DNA of 63,568 bases, counting the filler, from Octopus bimaculoides (Eukaryota): the NCBI RefSeq assembly GCF_001194135.2. It is 4 parts of 3 records of this genome, joined end to end, with 100 filler letters (N's around TTAATTAATTAA, not from the genome) between each part and the next. Parts side by side here need not be neighbours in the genome. Positions count along the whole stretch, not along the records: positions 1 to 17,391 come from NC_068987.1; 3 more parts are not named here. One strand, written 5' to 3'. This document shows positions 1 to 12,155 of the stretch, piece after piece. The notes under the pieces were generated by a model that worked only from the letters and a program-made list of their open reading frames with translations, had not been told where the DNA came from and searched no databases. Numbering within the stretch: position 1 is the first letter of the stretch; every line of letters starts with the position of its first letter. The position numbers were made by a program, and so were the translations under genes.

Positions 1-547
1 TTATAACAGTTTATTGAACCTGGGTATTCTTATATTATACTTACCTATCACAGTTCAACTCTGTACTCACCGTAATATATATACACGAAAAAAATCGTTA
101 AATCATTTTATATCAAAATATAACTCCCAGAAATAATTTTGTGGAAAATTCATCGATAATTTCTTGTTTTTTTTTTCTTTTAATTTCTTTTGCTCTTTCT
201 TTTTTCCTTTTTTCCCCCCATTTTTTTTTTAGTTAAGAAACAGTGAATTGTGTGAAATTGCCGTAGTTTTCGAAAAGAATAAGGCAAACAACATTCGGAG
301 CTATTGATTAAAGAAAGTTGAGAAATCATTCTTTGACAAGGCTTCGTCATTTCCAATATTGCAATCAATAAAGCAAATATAGATTGATTTTCTTTCTCAT
401 ACTTACGTGTCCATATGTGGAATTTGAAAGTAAGATATTTGTAGGATAACATAAGATAAAAAAAAGTTCCATTAAACTCTATATTTTGATATTAAACTAT
501 AGATTTGTCGTTAAGAAATTTATTTGAAATAATTAATTACGCTATTA

Positions 548-722
548 GGTGCAGGAATGGCTGTGTGGTAAGTAGCTTGCTTACCACCCACATGGTTCCG
601 GGTTCAGTCCCCGACTGCATAGCACCTTGGACAAGTGTTTTCTACAATAAGCCCAGGTCAATCAAAGCCTTGTGAGTGGATTTGGCAGACGGAAACTGAA
701 AAGAGCCCGTCGTATATATATA

Positions 723-768
<46 letters not shown>

Positions 769-969
769 CGTGTTTGTCCCCACCCAACATCGCTTGACAA
801 CCGATGCTGATGTGTTTACGTCCCCGTAAACTAGCGGTTCGGCAAAAGAGGCCGATAGACTAAGTACTAGACTTACAAAGAATTAGTGCTGGGGTCGATT
901 TGCTCGACTAAAGGCGGTGCTCCAGCACGGCCGCAGCGAAATGACTGAAACAAATAAAAGAATAAAAGA
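548..969 (+). mobile_element. tRNA-derived SINE, family S1, full length with internal (TA)n(TG)n microsatellite
   Basis: Head GGTGCAGGAATGGCTGTGTGG...GGTTCAGTCCC (A/B-box-like), body ...GAAACTGAAA..GCCCGTCG, tail ...AAATGACTGAAACAAATAAAAGAATAAAAG. The same modules recur more than 10 times in the window. Confidence 0.9.
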
Positions 970-1768
970 CTGAAAGAATATTAATACATCGATTAAGCTA
1001 TCTTTTACAGCTGATTATTGAACTATAATCGTTGCATATGCGTTACGTAAGTTCCAAAACCCCACACGCCCGAAAAAGCTTTCCAACATAAAGGATGTTT
1101 TATAATATTTTTAATTAGCGAACCTAATTTATAGACATGTTTTCAGAGAAATAATTATTATTGAATGTTATATAAACGTATTTTCGTGATATAACTTCAT
1201 GACAAATAGGCAAGATCGTTACTACATATATAATGCAAAGCTACAAATTACTGCAAGAGACGTTCTCATCTTCTTCATCTTTCTTCCTATTCACGTCACA
1301 CGACATCATACTAATCAACTCATTTGCTAACATTGTCAACAAGCTAATAGCTCTGCTAGATGAATTAATCCCGTCATTCTATATAATAGCTGTTACACTT
1401 GACTGTCGTAATAATCTCACATAACACTACAAGTCAGAGCATCAACGAGTCTCATTGCGTGCTATAATGCCTCGGAAATTCGAATTCGAGACACGATTTC
1501 GGTCTTGTCATTTTAATTAAGGCCACTCGCAAATATCTCTCAGTTTTCACTCAATTTTCTCATACTCTTAAATGTCGTAAAAGTGAAGACGAAGACTGAA
1601 TTTCCAACAATGAAGCAGTGCTTAAATAATTTATCATATCATCATAATATTGAGTCCATCGAAAGAGTTCTGAAACTGGAAATTAAAAATTAGTGAATGT
1701 AAGAAACACTATATACATGTGTGCACAAACAGTAAATTTTACTCCGAGAATCATTGTCCTCCTCACAC

Positions 1769-1830
1769 ACCAGCATGGCCACAGTCAAATGACTAAAACA
1801 AATAAAAGAACAAAAGAACAAAAGAATAAC
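1769..1830 (+). mobile_element. S1 SINE 3' tail fragment
   Basis: CCAGCATGGCCACAGTCAAATGACTAAAACAAATAAAAGAA matches the tail of 548-969. Confidence 0.8.
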
Positions 1831-2445
1831 ATACCTTCTTTCGTACAGAACAGAAAAATACATTTTTCGCTGGATTATTAATGCTTCTTCAAAATATTTA
1901 TTTTGGCAAGTTGATCGGTAAGTTATTTGCGAGGACAAATTGCATAGTGAGTAACTATTTGCATTCCTTACCGCTAACATGAAAAGAAGTTTCTCTAGCT
2001 TGTATTATCTGAATAATTAACTAATCACTGAGTTAAATTCGTAGCAACCAAATACAAAAATATTTACTGTCATATTTGAAATACCAGCACAATAATTCAA
2101 AGTCGTATAAGCGATAGAAATGCATATATATTTTCGGATCCAATTATATGAACTTAATTATCAGCATGAACAATATTATATTTTTATCAAAATACATTAT
2201 TGTTGAAACAAATTATATAATTAGTTTGCGAATAATTACATTTAATGAATATGAAAAACACTATGCAAATTTATTTCGGAAACTATAAAAAAATAATTTA
2301 CGAAATTAATTATAAATTTTAATTTTTCATAACAGTCTTTTACAATTATGCAAATATATCATGCAGTTTCATGAGAATTCTCTTTCTATTTCTCTCTCTT
2401 TATCTCTCTTTCTCTTTATCTTTCCTCCTCTCTCCTACCATAGAT

Positions 2446-2456
2446 ATATGCGTGTA

Positions 2457-2497
<41 letters not shown>

Positions 2498-2507
2498 NNN
2501 NNNNNNN

Positions 2508-2552
<45 letters not shown>

Positions 2553-2640
2553 ATATGTATGCACATACATAAATATGTGTGAGTGTGAGTGTGTGTGTGC
2601 TTCTTTGTGTGATGTGTGTGTTGGAGTGTGTGTACATGTA
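2446..2640. repeat. Compound (TA)n/(TG)n microsatellite with a 10-N gap
   Basis: Seen directly. Confidence 0.9.
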
Positions 2641-2885
2641 TAAATATATATTCCATATATTTAGATACAAACTTATATATACATACATGCATACGCAATA
2701 ACAGTGATATCAATATATACATACCGTGATACTAATTAAATTTTCCCTTCAGCAGATTGTTTAATTACAACAAATATATTTCTTCTTTAATCAATCCATA
2801 AATATTTACCGAATTTTGATTTTTCTTCCTTTTGGAGGTATAAATTTTATTAGTTTGTTCAGAACACGTGGATATGGAAGAATCG

Positions 2886-3277
2886 GAAGACGGAGGAGAA
2901 GGAGGAGGCGGAAGAGGAGGAAAGGTGAAAGGAGGGTAGAAAAAAGCAGAACGTAATAATTGTGAGAAAGTGGAGGGTGAAAGAGGAGGAAGAGGAGGGA
3001 AGAGGAAGAGGAGAGTGCAAAAGAAGAAGGGGGAGGAGAGGAGGGTGCAATAGAAGGGGGAGAAGGAAGAGGAGGAGGAGGAGAAGAAGAAAAAGGAAGA
3101 GGAGAAGAAGAAGAAAGAGGAGGAGGACAAGAAGGAGGAGGTGAATAAAAAGGAGGAGGAGGAGAAGAAGAAGGAGGAGAAAGAAGAAGAAGAAGAAGAG
3201 GAGGAGGAGGAGGAGGAAGAGGAGATGAAGAAGAAGAATGATGACGATGGTGATGATGATGATGACGACGATGATGG
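2886..3277. repeat. Degenerate (GGA)/(GAA)/(GAT) trinucleotide purine tract
   Basis: Seen directly; explains the low-complexity ORFs at 2765-3339. Confidence 0.9.
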
Positions 3278-3465
3278 CTGAGTTGCTCATGAAGTGTTAA
3301 TGTGATATCTCCAGATAATGTAAAATTAACGAGGTGCATTAATCCGCGAGGGGGCTCTGCACTTTATCCGCTCTCAAGTTTCAGGAGGTGAGTTTTCGTC
3401 TTTTCGTCGAAGTGATTTCACCTTCCATTCGGAGATCCCTAAGCTGGAGATCTATAAGAGAATAA

Positions 3466-3562
3466 TGAAGAAGAAGAAGAAGAAGAAGAAGAAGAAGAAG
3501 AAGAAGAAGAAGAAGAAGAAGAAGAAGAAGAAGAAGAAGAAGAAGAAGAAGAAGAAGAAGAA
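3466..3562. repeat. (GAA)n microsatellite
   Basis: About 30 perfect units. Confidence 0.95.
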
Positions 3563-4453
3563 ATTGATTGCGTAAATGAAGCCAGACCGAAGGAGAAATT
3601 TTTATACCGATATATTCCTCAACCCTCGAGCATTTACGATGTACTAATTATGTTATTTCACCATACAGGAAACATAATAGTGGTTTGCAATAACTCTCCG
3701 GTCAGAATTTGTACATTCCCAAATCGAACTACACATTAAAATATATAAAACAGAACATGGAATGGAGTTAATTGTGAGTAACAATGAATTTACCAGACAA
3801 TTCTATTTCCTGTACACGCACAACTATGGAGTTCGGTTCAATCGTTAAACCACCAGTGACCTCTTTACTAACATGCATACAAAACATAATACCGCTCAGA
3901 AAAATCTATCACTTCTTATCACTATCCCATTTCTGCTGTTGAAGCAACACTTTATATCTCAACTTTAGTCTGAAAGGCGCCGTCTGTATTGAAGTAGAAT
4001 CAATTCTCTTCAAAAGTCACCTTTCTGATCTGATTATCAGCACAAATAACGTTCATTTTATCTGATTCGATGTTTCCTTATCACATAGTCGTTGACTAAA
4101 ATATTCATAGTTTCCCTTGCCTTCCAGCGCCTTCCGTTAGAACAGCGAAAGAGCTTTTGACACAACTGTTGTTAGCGAATCCGGCTATCGGCCGAGTCCA
4201 TCGTGGGTATTGCTTCGCTACTCATCTTCAACGAGGCATTCAGGTAGTTTTCCTGCGTCTGCTGGCTATGACGATGGCGTGCTGAACGGGAATGAAAGCA
4301 ATGAGGAATCACATTTACTGATCATCGAATTTTCAAGTTCGACTTTGAATGAGAATTGAAGGTGGATTGTCCGAATGTGGGTGACTATGGAACAATAATC
4401 AGGACGAATGGAAACACTTGAAACGGGCGACAGTAGACTGGAGAAGAAGAATA

Positions 4454-4643
4454 CAGTTCTATATATAAGAGATGAGGAATAATGTACATTATTTACATTA
4501 TTTACATTAGGAATGAGAACGCAGGATCGAAATTTCCCCATGACACCTGATGAAGGCTGGAGGGTATATCAGCCGAAACGTTGTGTTAACAGCAAACAAG
4601 ACGAGGTCAAATATCCGTCAAATGTAAATAATGTAAATAATGG
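4454..4643 (+). mobile_element. Penelope-like element terminal (pLTR) fragment with inverted ends
   Basis: Perfect 22-bp inverted repeat 4487-4508 / 4621-4642, internal hammerhead motif, and flanking 9-bp direct repeat AGAAGAATA (4445-4453, 4644-4652). Confidence 0.7.
4541..4588 (+). ncRNA. Minimal type-I hammerhead ribozyme
   Basis: Stem I UGACAC/GUGUUA; core CUGAUGA (4547-4553) plus extra A; stem II GGCUG/CAGCC; GAAA; palindromic stem III ACGU; cleavage triplet GUU (after 4582). Confidence 0.75.
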
Positions 4644-4900
4644 AGAAGAATAGTTGGATGAGGGCTTGTACTTTGGTGGTCAGTGTGATCCTGGACCTGT
4701 AGAGTTCCTTGACTATTGCTATTTGGAGCGTTTCCTATATAAGGCGGACTGGATTATCCAAGTGTTTATGTATTTTGTATATTGTATATACGTTTAACCT
4801 CATCTCCTTTCTTCTCCTTTTCTTTGCCTTATCTTTTCATGTAAACCCCGCACAAATTGTAAACTAATCTTTGTAATATCTCCCTCACCAGACACACGGC

Positions 4901-5066
4901 ACTTTCTGAGTTCAAATCCCACTGCAGTCAGGTCAACTTTGTCATCTTTTCCGGCCTCATGAAATAAAATTGCAACCAAGTACTGGAGTCAATATAATCG
5001 ACTTGCCCCCCCCCCACCACCACCACCTCTCAAAGTTGGTGGCTTTGTGTCTAAATTAGAAAGAAC
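4901..5066 (+). mobile_element. Degenerate SINE, family S2 (5'-truncated)
   Basis: TTCTGAGTTCAAATCC...GTACTGGAGTCAATATAATCGACTT matches S2 modules. Confidence 0.6.
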
Positions 5067-5716
5067 TATCATTTTTATCGATGGTAGAATTGCTGTTATT
5101 ATTGTTGCTGTAGCCAAAAACGAATTCTTGGCATAACCAGATGAACTTTCATTCTGAGTAAATTTTGGTTGTTGGAGGGGGGAAGGGCGGGGCGAATGTG
5201 TAGTGAGTGATAATGCGAAATGCGCTGATTTGTGCGTTGTATTTTTAGTTCGTTTGTTCGTTGCAGAAATACTGTAATATCAGACAAGAGTAGCATATCT
5301 CATTGTTGATTAAATTTATCATTTACACAATGATGTGTATTTGTATAGACAAATGTATTACTTGTGATGAGAGATATCTCAAGCCTGCCTCTACTTACTT
5401 TCTCTATTCTCAAATGCCTTCAATGTTAAGAAGAGCGCTGGAGGAATTTCATCTTGCATTTGTGATGTTATCAATGGCCTCTTTAAACCCTCATTCGTAA
5501 TATCGATTTTGGTTTTTATTTTTATTGTTTACAGCATTCCTGTTTTTGTTGCTATTCATGAAGTTTTCCAATGTATCCTATTTACTAATATTCTTCGATC
5601 TTTGGGGAAGCAAAATTTTCTCATTGGGATGCTATATACACTTTAATATTTCTACCTCCACCAGTTGTATGCATTAAAGTATGTTGGCTTTATTAGCACA
5701 TAAAAAATAGTTTTAA

Positions 5717-5939
5717 CCCTTTCACATTCAGATTACTCTGTCAATTGCAATGATTATCTACGGACATTGTTTTTAATTAATCATGCTTGTAGCTTGTCTT
5801 GTAGCTTCAAGATTTGGATGATGTGATTATTTAATTAATTATTTTTAGAATGTCGTTGTAGGGTGTGAGTGTTAGAGGCCGGATCTGGTTGGTCTGTAGG
5901 ATATTTGGGCCAGATAGGGTTAATTTAAATGCTAAAGAG
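5717..5939. mobile_element. piggyBac-type MITE
   Basis: TTAA at 5713-5716 and 5940-5943; termini CCCTTTCACATTCAGA / TTTAAATGCTAAAGAG are imperfect TIRs; no coding capacity. Confidence 0.7.
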
Positions 5940-6299
5940 TTAAATATATAGATGGCGCGGGAGGCACAGATGCAATACAAACAAACTTTAGAACAGTTCA
6001 AATAAGCTTGTGACATCTTCGACTTGTAAAGAGGCACTCTCACAGTAGTAAGCTATGGAGAAAGGTTAATTTTCGGCAAAACGTGCTAAAAACACCAAAA
6101 TCAGTTCAGAGCCTTCCCTATAGATTGGTAGATGCATATCGAGCTTCGTTGTCTGCTGTGAATATATTACAATTACAACGAAACAATAATAATAAATTAC
6201 AACCAATGTAACTGAGTAAATTTTTATAGAATTTACTGAACATTTTTAACCAATACTAAGTCAGTTAACAGATAATGGAGCGATATTACTTCTAGCACT

Positions 6300-6443
6300 T
6301 TAACTCCTAAGTTCAAATCTCACTACGGTTAACTCGACCTTTCATCCGACCGAGGTCAATAATTTGAAGCACCAATCACGTGGATGGTATCAGTTATTCC
6401 CCCATTCTCTCTATATTGCTTGTTCTGTACCTAAATCAGAAAC

Positions 6444-6445
<2 letters not shown>
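6300..6445 (+). mobile_element. Highly degenerate S2 SINE
   Basis: CCTAAGTTCAAATCT...ACCTTTCATCC..CCGAGGTCAATAA, with order of modules as in S2. Confidence 0.5.
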
Positions 6446-6507
<62 letters not shown>

Positions 6508-6528
6508 GTTGTTGTTGTTGTTGTTGTT
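6445..6528. repeat. (ATT)n(GTT)n microsatellite
   Basis: Seen directly. Confidence 0.95.
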
Positions 6529-6736
6529 AAGGCGGTGAGCTGGCAGAATCGTTAGCACGCCGGGCAAAATGCTTAGAGGTAATTCGTCTGCCGCTACGTT
6601 CTGAGTTCATATTCGGCCGAGGTCGACTTTGCCTTTCATCCTTTCAGGAGGTCGATTAGATAAGCACCAGTAACGCACTGGGGGTCGATGTAATCGACTT
6701 AACCCCCAACCCCATCTGCCCTTGTGGCAAAAATTT
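6529..6736 (+). mobile_element. SINE family S2, near full length
   Basis: GGCGGTGAGCTGGCAGAATCGTTAGCACGCCGGG...CTGAGTTCA..TTC.GCCGAGGTCGACTTTGCCTTTCATCCTTTC...GGGGTCGATGTAATCGACTT; many copies in the window. Confidence 0.9.
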
Positions 6737-7049
6737 ATTATTATCTTTCTTCTCTGCGTAGAAGAAGAAGAAGAAGAAGAAGAAGAAGAAGAAGAAAAGC
6801 AAAGGAACAGCAACATCGCTAATACCTAATGCAGCGGGTAAGTTTCGTTTGTTTCTGAAGAAGCACGGAACAGAGGCTTTTCATAGGGAAGTATAAATAT
6901 AATCCGTACAATTTATCGAAGACCAGTAGTGATTTAATTAATTCTAGGAGGATAAAAAAAAAGAGAAATGAAATATATAAAGTGTAACATAAGTATAATT
7001 AATATGTGACGAATCTAGGATTAGGTAGCTATCTGTGGGGATTGGATTT

Positions 7050-7790
7050 TAAATCTCTCTCGCTGATAGAAGACAAGTAGAGAAGATAAATAAAATATTT
7101 GCGGAGAGAAAAATAATCGAAAATAAATCTAGGACGTGATATACTGAAAATAATTTTGTGAAAACCCATCTAATCAGGCATTTCAGAAATAAAACCTAGG
7201 AGCAAAAAGGAGGTAAAATAAATAAAAGTTATTGAAAAATAATGAATTAGCTGAGCAATCAGAACGAAAATGAATATTACGAGGTAAAAATCTCCTAAGA
7301 TGTTTTGAGAGAAGATACAAAAGAAATACTTATCTTTTGATTTCAAGCGTATAAAAAATGATTGAAGAGACTGGCTAAATGGGAATAAAATACCTCGTTT
7401 AAAAATAGAAGGATCGTATTCAAAATAAAAAAAAAAAAAGAAAAAGACGCAAGCAAGGAATGTAGGAATTTTTAAACAGAGGAATATTGACTGTTCGACG
7501 AAAATAGATCATTCACGTGAGTATTTTGCAGGAACAACGTTTAAAAGTATGTAGAATACGTTGTTAGGAAAATCAACGTAAATCTCTCTTGAAGAAAAAA
7601 AAAATGAACAACAAAGGTCGTATTGTAAATTGTAGTCCTGGATAAAAGAAAAAAAAACTGCTGTAATAAACTGCTGGAATATTTGTGATCATAGATCTGA
7701 TAAATCTTCAACAAGAACAGCAACAACAATTTCGAGAATGAAGTAACGAGACTTATTAAGGAGATTAGGAGAGATGGAGATTTTATGGCG
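7050..7790 (+). pseudogene. Possible very old LINE (CR1-like RT) relic
   Basis: Only scattered motif-like residues (e.g. WLNG..IEGSYSK); many stops and frameshifts. Confidence 0.2.
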
Positions 7791-8612
7791 TTTTTTCTTT
7801 TTCTTCAGTAGTATTAAAAAATAGGCCATTGGAATGGCTTCAGATGCGTACGTGAGTATTTATAGACTCATGCATACACACAAAAACGTGCAGAGATATT
7901 ACTTGGAATATTCTTGTAAGAAAGGAGCTCAATTTTGACAAAAATACAAAGTTCCATCGTTGGAATGTTGATAATAAAAGCAATGTCACATTTTGCACTT
8001 CAGAAAAATCTTGCATATTTTTGCTATTCCTCTTACGAATTGTACTTGTAATGCGTCTGTTAGCTGGCTCGTTACTTTATCTGAAAATTTACTCCCTAAG
8101 CAAAGTGGACTAATTACTATTGCTACGAAAGTGAATTTGTAATCTGAGTATAATATATATGGTGCGAAACTGAGTATTACCATTCTGGTAAAATAACTGA
8201 CGAAGAATTACGGCCCTTCTGTGCCTTATATGTATACGGTTTTTATCTGTCGTTGTTTATTTACAATGCATTTTATCATTTACACATACATACATACATA
8301 CATACATACATACATACATAAATATAAGAGTGTATAAAATACTTTTATACACAAAGACGAGACTATTGACAGCACTCCTTACATGTTAAAAAGGCCAGTT
8401 AAAACCCAAACCACGAAAACGAGACTTCATGAGGCACGTCGTTATAACACTAGAACGAACAAAATATGAATTTGTTAATCCTGAACTCGAGTTTTGCTAT
8501 TAATTGTCAAATACACTCTCATATTTTCAGAAATATGTGTTATAACTTTTATTTATGCATGCTAACCAATGGCAATAAGTTATTTTAATTTATTACCCTC
8601 ACATTTACGATA

Positions 8613-8693
<81 letters not shown>

Positions 8694-8695
<2 letters not shown>

Positions 8696-9510
8696 TGGTG
8701 TTCACCAAAAATGTACTCACACTTTAAATGTCAATTAATTCAATGTTTATTCACTGCGAAACAAGATTAATGGTTCAAATTTGCAAATACATGGTCAAAA
8801 GATGCACTCACTCTTTAAATCATAATAAATGCATTGTTTATTAGCAATGATTAATGGTTAAACACAAAGTGGATAAATGCATTTTTATAAATGTTCAAAT
8901 TGATGACCACCACTCTCAAAACACAGCTGATGCCATGAATCAATAGCGTTCCATAGTAACATGCAGATTTTCAGGAGCCGAGTAGCTGCAGCTGCGTCGG
9001 TTAATTGAGCCATGTAACGTAAAACTGGCCTCATCAGTTCAAAGAATTTTGGATGGAAATGCAGCATCTTCCTCACCTTTGCCGAAGTACCACTCACAAA
9101 ACTCTCTGTTCAGGATCGTTTTCATCTATAGCGTAGATTAATACTAGAGTGTAAGATTTCCCACCAACTCGCTTTAAAATGTGATGGGTGCTTGATTTTG
9201 GGATTCCCAATTCTCGAACCATTTATCATACAGATTTCTGTGGGGATTGCCAGAGGGTTTTCTGCAATTGTTATTCCTTTGTGGGGCCAGTTGATGACCG
9301 AGGTCTTCCTGAATGCTCCTTATGGCCGTTATGCACAGTTCCATCTTGATTCAAACTTATCAGATATGCGATCAATAGTGCATCGCATTGGTGGATCTTT
9401 GTGAAACTGTCTTCTAAACTGTGTTTGCACTTCCATGATATTTTCATCATGCTTCCAATACCAATTTATGATAAATTTTGTTTCTTGAAAACTTAGTCAT
9501 GTTTTTGCCA
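8694..9510 (-). mobile_element. Internally deleted Tc1/mariner-superfamily transposon (Tc3/DUF4817-like)
   Basis: Minus-strand remnants GTVHNGHKEHSGRPRSST, RELGIPKSS..HILKR and C-terminal WNAIDS..QLCFESGGHQFEHL; one terminus CATGGTGTTCACC at 8694. Confidence 0.75.
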
Positions 9511-9551
9511 TTATTAGGGTCAGATTATGCAGTATGCACACACACACACAT

Positions 9552-9587
<36 letters not shown>

Positions 9588-9615
9588 GTGTGTGTGTGTG
9601 TCTGTGTGTGTGCGT

Positions 9616-9988
9616 GGAGGCGCAATGGCCAAGTGGTTAGGACACGCGGTCATAGGATCGCGGTTTCGATTCCTAGACCGGGCTTCTGGGTGTTTATTGA
9701 GCGAAAAAACCTAAATCTCCACGAGGCTCCAGCAGTAGGGTGGTGACGAACCCTGCTGCATTCTTTCACCACAACTTTCTCTCACTATTTTTTCCTGTTT
9801 CTGTTGTACCTGTATTTTAAAGGGCCAGCCTTTTCACAATCTGTGTTACACTGAATCTCCCCCGAGAACTACGTTAAGGGTACACGTGTCTGTGGAGTGC
9901 TCAGCCACTTGCACGTTCATTTCACGTGCAGGCTGTTCCGTTGATCGGATCAACTGGAACCCTCGTTGACGTAACCGACGGAGTGCCA
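9616..9988 (+). mobile_element. tRNA-derived SINE, family S3
   Basis: Head GGAGGCGCAATGGCCAAGTGGTTAGG...GGTTTCGATTCC; tail ...GTAACCGACGGAGTGCCA shared with 15090-15411. Confidence 0.85.
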
Positions 9989-9995
9989 GGTATAT

Positions 9996-10107
<112 letters not shown>

Positions 10108-11484
10108 GTGTGTATGCAGAGAGGGAAATGCAAACATAAATATATAAGTGTAGATATATGGTTTTATAGTTGAGGTATAAAGTAAGACGAATAGTATGTG
10201 TTAGTTAAGTTTGACCAAGTTATGTCTCTTTATGGCGATTGGCTTCTTATTTCTCATGAGATCGATAAAATAGCAAAGTTTGGCATTATAATCGACTAAA
10301 ATCCTTCGTTATCTTAAATGTGTTGTCATGTCTCAGTGAGTAGTTTGGTATGCTATTCATCATTCTGTTCTCCAAGACGTGGTCGAATTGTTTTTCCTTG
10401 TTATAGAACAAATAATTGATAGATTTTTATCTATTCCACTCTGAGTAAATATTAGTCTGTCGTTGTAGCCTGCTTGCAAGAATAAAACTAACATTTCGTT
10501 TTCCAACGTCTCAATAGTGAAGCCTGTATTCCATATTAACACAACAGTTCTAATTTATTATGTACACTTGCCGTTACAAAACTCAATTGTCCTATGTTAT
10601 TTACACCAACAAGCGTTACAGATCTTGAAAGTAATACAGCACTCAAGTGTAATAAAATATCTATTCGATTTGGTCAGCTTCAACTATCGGCTGATCGTCT
10701 TAACATCAGTAATCATTTCATTCATAAACAGGACTTTTGCTTATGCAAAATATATTTTTACTGGCAGAAATTTATTCACGTATCACTAGTTTAACTTACT
10801 CTCAAATGAGCCGCCAAATCACACATGTCAGTTGTTTAACTAGTAAAAGATATTGATAATGTCATGATGAGACGCAGACTGTGAGACGCAGACTGTAGAA
10901 TAAACTATCTCTGATATTTCCTCTGTATTTTCTGAAATAATTTCAGAATTTCTGGTGGTGAATTACTAAATAGATCTTTGGAAAGTTTTATTTAAAGCTA
11001 TCGTCGTTTCACTTATATCTCTAATCTGATATACAAAATATGTTACTTCTACTACTTTCATTAAATATCGCTTTCGTTTTGATATCTTTTAAGTTGATCA
11101 CCTATTTGATAAAAACAAGCCTGTTAGATACAGACGATACGACGGGTGGTGTACCAGATTGTATATATAGCTGAAGATACTAATCAGTTTCTGTCCTATT
11201 CCTGATTTTAAATCTCAAATCTAATTTACAATTCATCTTTCATTGATTGATAATATAATTATCAGTTATTTATTATTTCATTGTTTCTTTTCTTCATCAT
11301 ATTATTTCCTTCGGCAACATATTAAATTATTTTACAAGTTTGTCACAAAGCGTCCATCTTGTATAATGCTGATTTATTTTGGCGAGCTATAAGGTCACTT
11401 ATGAAGGTAGACGTTATTTGGATAGGCTTAAGAATAGTTAAGATGAATAAAACGAATCGGTGATATAATTGACAGGATCCATTT

Positions 11485-12075
11485 CAGAATAATATTCAAT
11501 CGCATTCCTTGAAGAAAATAACTTGGTGAGTGATGCATTGTTTTCGATCAGGTAGGAGATGCCTGATACAGCACTATGACTGGGTGTTGAAACAGTTACC
11601 TCGACAACTCAAATGTGGACGTAATATACCAGGACTTTGAAAAAGCTTTTGATAAAGTTGATTATTGTGCGATATACCACAAACTGCGCGATCTTCGCTT
11701 AGTTGATAACTTGGAGAGTGGTTTACATGACTTTTGGAAAGACAGAAGTCAGGCAGTGGCGGTCAATGGTGCCACCTCAAAGGAAATATAAACAGTGAAT
11801 GGTGTTCTACAGGGAACTGTCTTAGGACCATTGCTTTTCATCTTGGCCCTCAGCTACCCGAATAGCCAGCCTTGCTAGCTACGCAAACAAATCGAAAATC
11901 TCGTAAAAAAATACAAAATTCTAGCAATGTTTTTCGCCTGGAGCAGGAGTTGGATGCAATTTACAGATGGACTGAGGACATAGATATGCAGTCTAATGCT
12001 GGAAAATTCCAAGCCCTGTGCTACCAGTACCCAAAATTGAATGAAAAACATAAAGGCCCGAGTCCAAAAGAGGCA
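11485..12075 (+). mobile_element. CR1/L2-clade LINE reverse-transcriptase fragment (decayed)
   Basis: Translates with frameshifts to ...VDVIYQDFEKAFDKVDY...NGVLQGTVLGPLLF...LASYA...IYRWTEDIDMQSNAGKFQAL. Confidence 0.85.
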
Positions 12076-12093
12076 GGAACGTTGGGGTCGGTG

Positions 12094-12155
<62 letters not shown>

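Noticed and set aside
3315-3387. AG...GTGAGT-bounded putative exon (NVKLTRCINPRGGSALYPLSSFR)
   Set aside because: Weak acceptor, no recognisable peptide; consensus donor hexamers occur frequently by chance at this base composition.
6762-6837. Putative exon starting in (GAA)n with a GTAAGT donor
   Set aside because: Half of it is a microsatellite, and the acceptor lies at a SINE tail.
8197-8225. CTGACGA followed by an AGAA/TTCT stem
   Set aside because: No GAAA after the stem and no stems I or III; not a hammerhead.
10140-11400. Non-repetitive stretch with several 60-90-aa ORFs on both strands
   Set aside because: All frames are interrupted and none matches a family I recognise.
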